Virus record (IMG/VR): IMGVR_UViG_3300020409_000023
Location: 1-51,351 of that record
DNA: 51,351 bases
Reading direction: 5' to 3' (one strand)
Source: a virus
Lineage: Duplodnaviria > Caudoviricetes
Made by a program: the position numbers and the translations under genes. This document shows positions 45,464 to 51,351 of this stretch, one piece after another; position 1 is the first letter of the stretch, and the number at the start of each line of letters is the position of its first letter. A model generated the notes under the pieces. The model made no database searches. It worked only from the letters and a program-made list of their open reading frames with translations, and was not told the origin of the DNA.

Positions 45464-47176
45464 TTAATTAAATAAATTTTGCATTTCTGCAGCCCCAGGA
45501 ACAGTCAATACATCGTCTTCTTCTAGCTCTACTCCTGAATTAGCTAAAGCCTCGAAATATCTTCTTATAGACGGCTGTATAAACTGGTTATTTACATCTT
45601 GTGCTCCGTATCTAGTTAAAAAAGGCACTCTAATATAATCCATGTTTAAATAAGTATCAGCAGGTGTGTTTCTATCTAAAACAATAGGCTGTCCATTAAG
45701 AGCTGTATTATAGTAATTGTTTATAATACCTTGTATTTTAGGATTACCTAAACTACTGCCGTAAACAGTTTTTATAGCCCTACCGTCTACTCCAAATTGA
45801 GAGTCGATAGTGTTTTCTATTTCTCTAGTTAAAGTTGAAACAAAATTAGTTAAATATTTAAGTTGACCAGTAGGACTCGTAGCTTTTCCATAACCCACCA
45901 TTTCTAAAAAGAACGCTAAATCTTTATCCGATAATGTTCTACCTGTTTGTCCTGCTGCCGCTGCTGCGGTATACGCTAATTTCAACATATTAGCGTTATA
46001 TTGTATGGTATAGACATCGCCTCGCTCTCTTTTAAATTTAAAACCTGTATCTTTTTCAAAGATACCTATAGCTTCATTTAATTCATCATCTACATCTTCT
46101 CCTTGGGATTGTCGAACTAATAGTGAATGAATAACATTAGCATTTTTTCCTGTTCCTCGTTCATATATCCCACCTTCTTCGTCAGTACTAAACGGATTAT
46201 CATAACCACTTAATGTTGCTATTGCGTTTAGTGTAGATGTCGCGTTATTAAACCCTTTATTGATTATAGAAGTCATTTGACCCCCTGCACCTATACCTCC
46301 TGTTGTTTCTCCCTCTGCTTGTTTACGTAGTATAGGAACTATTTCACCAACGGTGCCGTATACATCAAGTAAAGCATTTTCTTTCGATACTTGTGTTTTA
46401 TAAAAATCGTCTAAGTTTGTTTCATCTTTAGTAGAACCTCTAGGGAATCCTTTTATCTTATCTAAAAACTCTAAAGGAACAAAATTAGAACTTTCGTTTC
46501 CTGCGTAAGTTTGAGCTTTTTTTGATTCGGTATCAAAATAACCTCCATCAATTTCAACAGTATAACTGTAACGGTCTATCTCTGGTCTACCTTGTAAAAA
46601 ACCTTTTCTTACAGATTTTACTAAATCGCCTGTTTTGTCAAACTCTACTAAGTCTACAAAAGTCATGTTTTTAGGCGTCATTTTATCTAACAACTGTGTT
46701 TTATATTGTTTTCTAGCTGTATCGATACGAGCATCACGGTCTGTTCTAGCTTTATCAAAAGTACTAGCTGTGGTCATAAACGCTGCTAATTCTTTATCGT
46801 TATCTGCAAATAGTGCAGGTCCGAACTGAGTAAACATTTCTCCGATACGTTGTCCTGTTGTTTGAGTGGGTTGTTTCCCATAAACTTGGCTAGTTAAATA
46901 ATCAGCTAATTGAACATCTGATAAATCACTTTGTTGTTCCTGAGATAAAGTTTCAGGAATCGTAGTTTTTGGAGTAAAAAATCTATCAGCTAAAAAACTT
47001 AAACCTACTGGTGCAAGATACGCTAATGGATTTATATCTTCTCTTGCAGGAGCTATGTTTATCGCTCTAGGATTAGGAAATCTAACAGGAGAAGGAGCTA
47101 AATTAACAGGCATGATGCCCCCTGTTTTATTATCAAACGTTGGAAAAGGACGTAAACCTGCTATACCGTTAGCCAT
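45464..47176 (-). CDS. Putative DNA-ejection protein (P22 gp20-like position)
   Basis: 570 aa; GRTLSDKD motif; operon position. Confidence 0.6.
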   Translation of the reverse strand: MANGIAGLRPFPTFDNKTGGIMPVNLAPSPVRFPNPRAINIAPAREDINPLAYLAPVGLSFLADRFFTPKTTIPETLSQEQQSDLSDVQLADYLTSQVYGKQPTQTTGQRIGEMFTQFGPALFADNDKELAAFMTTASTFDKARTDRDARIDTARKQYKTQLLDKMTPKNMTFVDLVEFDKTGDLVKSVRKGFLQGRPEIDRYSYTVEIDGGYFDTESKKAQTYAGNESSNFVPLEFLDKIKGFPRGSTKDETNLDDFYKTQVSKENALLDVYGTVGEIVPILRKQAEGETTGGIGAGGQMTSIINKGFNNATSTLNAIATLSGYDNPFSTDEEGGIYERGTGKNANVIHSLLVRQSQGEDVDDELNEAIGIFEKDTGFKFKRERGDVYTIQYNANMLKLAYTAAAAAGQTGRTLSDKDLAFFLEMVGYGKATSPTGQLKYLTNFVSTLTREIENTIDSQFGVDGRAIKTVYGSSLGNPKIQGIINNYYNTALNGQPIVLDRNTPADTYLNMDYIRVPFLTRYGAQDVNNQFIQPSIRRYFEALANSGVELEEDDVLTVPGAAEMQNLFN

Positions 47177-47178
47177 AA

Positions 47179-48600
47179 TTAACCGACTCCATAATTAGGA
47201 AAACTACCAAAGGTTGGTATTCCTGCTATAGGAATATTTGGTATATTAAGACCCCCCGCTAAACTATATATTCCACTACCAAAACCGGGTCCACCAAGAT
47301 AACCAGCTGCTGGTGAGGTTGGTGCTGTTCGTGAATAACCTATACTTCCAGGAAGACCACTCATTCCAGGAAGACTACCAGTATTAGGAGTGTATACCGA
47401 ACTATCATAATTTGATCCTACGGGAGGCACTGCTCCACCTGCATAACCGTAACCACCTGCTAACGGTCCTAACGAGGCGGTTAATGCTCCAACATTTTGT
47501 AAAGTTTGCATCGGTAAATTGTATTGACCTGTAAAGTTTTGATATGCTAAATCTAATAAGGACTGTTCTCTACCTCTACCTAACCCACCAAGAGCCATTT
47601 GTTGACTTATATCTTGTTGCTGTAATGCAGGTAATGCAGTAGCTAATCCTTGATATTGTTGTCCTAACGCTCCTAATCCTTGTCCTAAACGCTGTCCTAA
47701 ATTAGCTAAACCAGTACCGCCTTGTAAGCCCATACCAAACTCAGCTTGTCCAAGTTGTCCTAATAGTTGACCCTGTCTTAACGCAGCTTGAGCTTCGGCA
47801 CTGCCTAACTGTCCTTCTCTAGCAGCTAACTGTCCTTGTAACCCTGCTAATCCTAAACCTCTACGTTGTTGAGCTTCGAATGCTTGTTGAGCAGCATTTC
47901 TAGCTCCTTCAAACCCTTGACTACGAATAGCTCCTACTTGTTGAGCAGCACCTCTAGCCGCGTCTTCAGCTAATTCTTCTTGGGTTAGTCTAGCACGAGA
48001 ACCACCGAAAGCTCCTGCTCCTATAGCTTTATCTCGTAAACCAATATCAGCTTTACCAAAACGTTCAGTAATATCATCTAACGTTTGTTGTACTACCTGT
48101 TCTTCAAAAGGATTATAAAAGTTACTAACTTGTTGAGCAGGATTAAACATTCCTGTTGAGCCATAACCACTGAGCTCTGCCCTACCTAAACCACTACGAG
48201 CAGCAGAAAAATCAGGACCTGCTCCTCTAGTAAATCCTGCCGCTTCTCCTGTTAAACCACGTCCTGCTGCTAACCCTGCAGAAATACCTTGTCCCCCGAT
48301 ATCAGCAGCACTACGCATAGTACCTGCTGCTTCTGATAATAAATTAGCTTGAGTACCTAAAAAGGGTTGATAACTACCAATCGCTTGATCAGCTAATTGC
48401 ATACCCTTAACTTCTCTAGGGTCAAAATCAGCTACTCGTTCGCCTGTGTAAGTAAAAGGACTACTATCGTCTTTACCTAATTGTCCGAACTGCTGTCTTA
48501 AAAACGCCTGAGCATATGGAAAAATATCTCGTTGTAAAAAATCTCCTACATATCCCGCAGGGGCTTGGGATGAATATTCTTGGTTTTCTCTACTAGCCAT
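47179..48600 (-). CDS. Putative DNA-ejection/pilot protein (Gly/Ala/Gln-rich)
   Basis: YNPFEEQVV, GAGAFGGSRA, IRSQGFEGA motifs typical of podovirus ejection proteins. Confidence 0.75.
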   Translation of the reverse strand: MASRENQEYSSQAPAGYVGDFLQRDIFPYAQAFLRQQFGQLGKDDSSPFTYTGERVADFDPREVKGMQLADQAIGSYQPFLGTQANLLSEAAGTMRSAADIGGQGISAGLAAGRGLTGEAAGFTRGAGPDFSAARSGLGRAELSGYGSTGMFNPAQQVSNFYNPFEEQVVQQTLDDITERFGKADIGLRDKAIGAGAFGGSRARLTQEELAEDAARGAAQQVGAIRSQGFEGARNAAQQAFEAQQRRGLGLAGLQGQLAAREGQLGSAEAQAALRQGQLLGQLGQAEFGMGLQGGTGLANLGQRLGQGLGALGQQYQGLATALPALQQQDISQQMALGGLGRGREQSLLDLAYQNFTGQYNLPMQTLQNVGALTASLGPLAGGYGYAGGAVPPVGSNYDSSVYTPNTGSLPGMSGLPGSIGYSRTAPTSPAAGYLGGPGFGSGIYSLAGGLNIPNIPIAGIPTFGSFPNYGVG

Positions 48601-49681
48601 ACTTCCTATTACCTTGTTTATTAAATGCTTCTAACATAGCAATACCTTTTTGGTGATTGCCTTTACCCATATGTTTAACTGCGGCGTTAGATAGCATAAA
48701 CTCGCCATCACTAGCCATAACAGGTATTAAATCATCTTTAGGACCTCCTGGACCTTCAATATCGCCTCCTTCTAACATAGGGGTAAACATAGGTCTATCT
48801 AAAACCCCACCGTCTTTAAAACCTCTACTACCTGCAAAAGCCGTACCCATTATCGGTTGTATGTTTCTTAAATAATCTCGTTTTGCACCTAAACCACCCT
48901 CAGGTAAAGTTTGTGTTTTAACTACACTGCCTTTTCGTTTTTTAGGTTTTTCTAATAAAGCTCCTAATACATCTCTTCCTGCACTTAATAAAGCATTAAA
49001 CATTTCTGGGTTATCTTGAGCATAGGTTATAACAGGTTCTGCCATCGATTGTATTCTTTCAAAAAAAGTAGGATTCAAAGTAGTTTCTAAAGAGGCTAAA
49101 CCCATTTCTTTCATACTATCTTTATCAATATCTAACACTGGTTTATCTGCTGTGCTATCAAAAATAGCTACGTCTTTAGTTTTTGTTTCTACATCAGGTA
49201 TTAAATCCACTAGACCTGCTGTTTTAGGTTCTTCTGCGTATAAACTTTCTTTTAATTCATCTAAACTTTCTGAGGCTAAATTTAAAATACCTCTTTCTAC
49301 TCCTATATCACCTAAAAGTTCTTTTAAATTTAATTCACCACCGTTAGCAGCATTTAACGCTCCACCGATAGACATTCCTGCGATACCGTAGTTAGCTAAA
49401 TCTTCAGGATTTACTCCTACTTGAGCTAGTAAAGCTAAAATATCAGTTTGATCATTATTAGTTCTTAACTGAGCAGGATCATCATATTCAAACTGTCCAA
49501 ATTCTTTCGCTTCGCTTCCTTCAACAGGAGTAAAATTTAATTCAGGTCCAGGCTGTATACCAGGAGCAGTACCTGAACCAATCATTGCAGCTTGTTCGTT
49601 TGCTCCTCTGTTAGATTGTATTTTATCTCTTAATAAACTACCTCCAACAGTTATTACGGCAGCAGTGATACCAACAGCCAT
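48593..49681 (-). CDS. Putative internal virion protein
   Basis: Multiple xxxGG motifs and C-terminal GPGGPKDDLIPVMASDGEFMLSNAAVK domain. Confidence 0.75.
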   Translation of the reverse strand: MAVGITAAVITVGGSLLRDKIQSNRGANEQAAMIGSGTAPGIQPGPELNFTPVEGSEAKEFGQFEYDDPAQLRTNNDQTDILALLAQVGVNPEDLANYGIAGMSIGGALNAANGGELNLKELLGDIGVERGILNLASESLDELKESLYAEEPKTAGLVDLIPDVETKTKDVAIFDSTADKPVLDIDKDSMKEMGLASLETTLNPTFFERIQSMAEPVITYAQDNPEMFNALLSAGRDVLGALLEKPKKRKGSVVKTQTLPEGGLGAKRDYLRNIQPIMGTAFAGSRGFKDGGVLDRPMFTPMLEGGDIEGPGGPKDDLIPVMASDGEFMLSNAAVKHMGKGNHQKGIAMLEAFNKQGNRKYG

Positions 49682-50235
49682 TAAAAATTCTCCTCTTGAT
49701 TTAAAAGGTCATCTATTTGTTTAATGTCGAAACCTGTTAATTTTAATTCAGCAAAATCAGCTACAGTTACTTCCTCTATAACTTCGTCTACTGTTAAACA
49801 ATCTGTTCTATGTACGGTAATAAAAGTACATTCTTCGTGAATAAATAAAGCTCTTTTTGTACCTGCTTCAGTAATACCGTGGAAAGGTGCTTTAATACGT
49901 GTTACGCCTTGTTCTGTAAAAATAGAAGCTTCCCCTTTCATAATAAAAAACGGATGATTTTTAGCGTGAATTTTAGAAACCGCTAATAAGTTTTTAGGCA
50001 TTACGATTGTTCTTATATACTGCCCGTCTGCAAAATTATGTGTGACCGCTCCTTCAGTTTTACCTATTATTTTATTTTTTAAATCTTCTTGATTAGTTTT
50101 TTTACAAAAATCATCTACAGCTTCTTCAAACTGTTTTATTTTATTTTGAAACTCTATTTTGTTTTTCTTATATTCAAAAAACTCACAAGCCTCTTGATAA
50201 GTTAGTTCTGGAGTTTTTATTAAACTTAAACTCAT
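49681..50235 (-). CDS. Cupin-like phage protein
   Basis: HNFADGQYIRTIVMPK...KIHAKNHPFFIMKG...GTKRAL...TVH; GAGG RBS. Confidence 0.7.
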   Translation of the reverse strand: MSLSLIKTPELTYQEACEFFEYKKNKIEFQNKIKQFEEAVDDFCKKTNQEDLKNKIIGKTEGAVTHNFADGQYIRTIVMPKNLLAVSKIHAKNHPFFIMKGEASIFTEQGVTRIKAPFHGITEAGTKRALFIHEECTFITVHRTDCLTVDEVIEEVTVADFAELKLTGFDIKQIDDLLNQEENF

Positions 50236-50319
50236 TATTTCCTCTGCGTTTATTAACGTATTAGCGAGTTAAAGCCCATCTCGTAAGCTGCAGTTCAATA
50301 CTGACAATTCGATTATACT

Positions 50320-51351
50320 TCATACTGTATATATTTTTAAAGGTTTTTCTTTGCCTTTTACTTTTATAGGTTTTAATGGTTTTAACTGATAACCACACCT
50401 ACTTTCCGTATTTTCACCTATTAAAATATCTACCCCCGCGTCTTTTGTGCCTGATTCTAATCTAGCTGCAGTATTTACCGCGTCACCGATAGCGGTATAA
50501 TCAAACCGTGAAGAAGAACCCATATTACCGATTACTGCTTCTCCTGTGTTTATTCCTATGCCTATGGCTACTGCAGGAAGTCCTTCCGCTTGGAGTTCTG
50601 TATTAAGTTCAGCCATGTTTTGCCAAATATCTTTAGCACAATCTACCGCTATTTGTTCATGATGTAGTACGTCTAAAGGAGCATTAAATATAGCCATCAT
50701 AGCGTCACCTATGTATTTATCAACCATACCACCGTGTTTTTGTACTGCTGTTTGTTGAGCAGTAAGAGCTTTATTCATAATATAAGTTACTTCTTCTGGG
50801 GTTACTGCTTCTGATAAAGCAGTAAAACCTCGTACATCAGTAAATAAAAAAGTAGCGTACCTTTTTTCACCACCTAATTTTAATAAATTAGGATTCTTTT
50901 GTAGTTGTTTTACTTGTCTAGGGTCTAAGTAATGTTCGAATTGTTTTTTAATTTCTAAACGTAATTTGTATTGTTCACGGAAACGTAAGTAAAAAGCGAT
51001 TGCTCCTGTTATAAATTCACTAATTAAAGTCCACGTTGTATCTATTAATAATCCTTGTTGTATAGCATAATATCCTCCGATAGCGGTGCTAGACATAATA
51101 GCACTAAAACAAAGAACCCCTGCAGTAACGCCTAAGTTGCTTAACACAACCCAAACTAAAAGCAGGGATATAACTAATATTAAAACTTCAACGGCTAAAC
51201 TGTAGTCGGGGATAAATGGACTATTTTCTACCAATATTGATTCTGCTAGTGCTGCTTGTACCTTGTGTGGTTCAAGTAATCCAACTGGGGTAGCTAACTG
51301 TGGCATTACGCCCTCAGCAGTAACTCCTACAAAAACAAATTTATTTTGTAC
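50320..51351 (-). CDS. Class III adenylate cyclase with CHASE2-type sensor and 3 TM helices (5'-truncated by window edge)
   Basis: Frame stays open beyond the track ATG (VQNKFVFVGVTAEGVMPQLATP, matching a CHASE2 C-terminus); 3 TM helices; FTDVRGFT, KYIGDAMM, GIGINTG, DYTAIGDAVNTAARLE, VKGK. Confidence 0.9.
   Translation of the reverse strand, partial: VQNKFVFVGVTAEGVMPQLATPVGLLEPHKVQAALAESILVENSPFIPDYSLAVEVLILVISLLLVWVVLSNLGVTAGVLCFSAIMSSTAIGGYYAIQQGLLIDTTWTLISEFITGAIAFYLRFREQYKLRLEIKKQFEHYLDPRQVKQLQKNPNLLKLGGEKRYATFLFTDVRGFTALSEAVTPEEVTYIMNKALTAQQTAVQKHGGMVDKYIGDAMMAIFNAPLDVLHHEQIAVDCAKDIWQNMAELNTELQAEGLPAVAIGIGINTGEAVIGNMGSSSRFDYTAIGDAVNTAARLESGTKDAGVDILIGENTESRCGYQLKPLKPIKVKGKEKPLKIYTV

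Noticed and set aside
1017-49391. The + strand ORFs in the track other than 39506-40948 (e.g. 3398-3901, 8756-9151, 14363-14743, 30365-30724)
   Set aside because: Antisense shadows of well-supported - strand genes; no recognisable motifs, and many use non-ATG starts.
50250-50300. UUGAACUG resembling a SAM-V/SAM-II riboswitch
   Set aside because: The rest of the SAM-II/V pseudoknot consensus is absent; kept only as a generic structured-leader candidate.
1-51351. tRNA genes, integrase/att sites, endolysin/holin
   Set aside because: None recognisable by eye in the intergenic gaps or ORFs; they may lie outside the window, and tRNAscan/HMM searches were not run.

Overview
The whole window reads as most of one AT-rich tailed dsDNA phage genome, probably podovirus-like: it has ejection-type proteins, no tape measure, and spanins implying a Gram-negative host. 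Gene content resembles uncultured marine phages. Nearly all real genes are on the - strand; only a SNF2-family helicase is on +. Layout: tail/nozzle/fibre genes (1-8.4 kb); capsid, scaffold, GroES, portal, TerL and spanins (8.5-18.5 kb); a repeat- and G-run-rich likely packaging/terminus region with TerS (18.5-20 kb); an early region of small genes driven by repeated sigma70-like promoters (20.2-28.5 kb); and a replication/DNA-modification block (28.5-41 kb). That block holds Leu762 PolA, a thymidylate-synthase homologue, a 5-hmdU DNA kinase-type protein, a SAM methyltransferase, UvrD, AlkB, an AEP primase and SNF2. Internal/ejection proteins (41-50 kb) and a truncated CHASE2-type membrane adenylate cyclase close the window. 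Most notable: (1) a thymidine hypermodification operon led by a methyltransferase, with no recognisable amino acid:DNA transferase; (2) two homologous ~230-bp non-coding elements in inverted orientation that bracket the 19-kb early/replication module; (3) a phage-encoded receptor cyclase with intact catalytic motifs; (4) opposite-strand G-quadruplex motifs and short repeats around the putative genome-end region; (5) several structured intergenic RNAs, including a Mu-gpT-DE-like pseudoknot. All family calls come from motifs recognised by eye; no searches were run.
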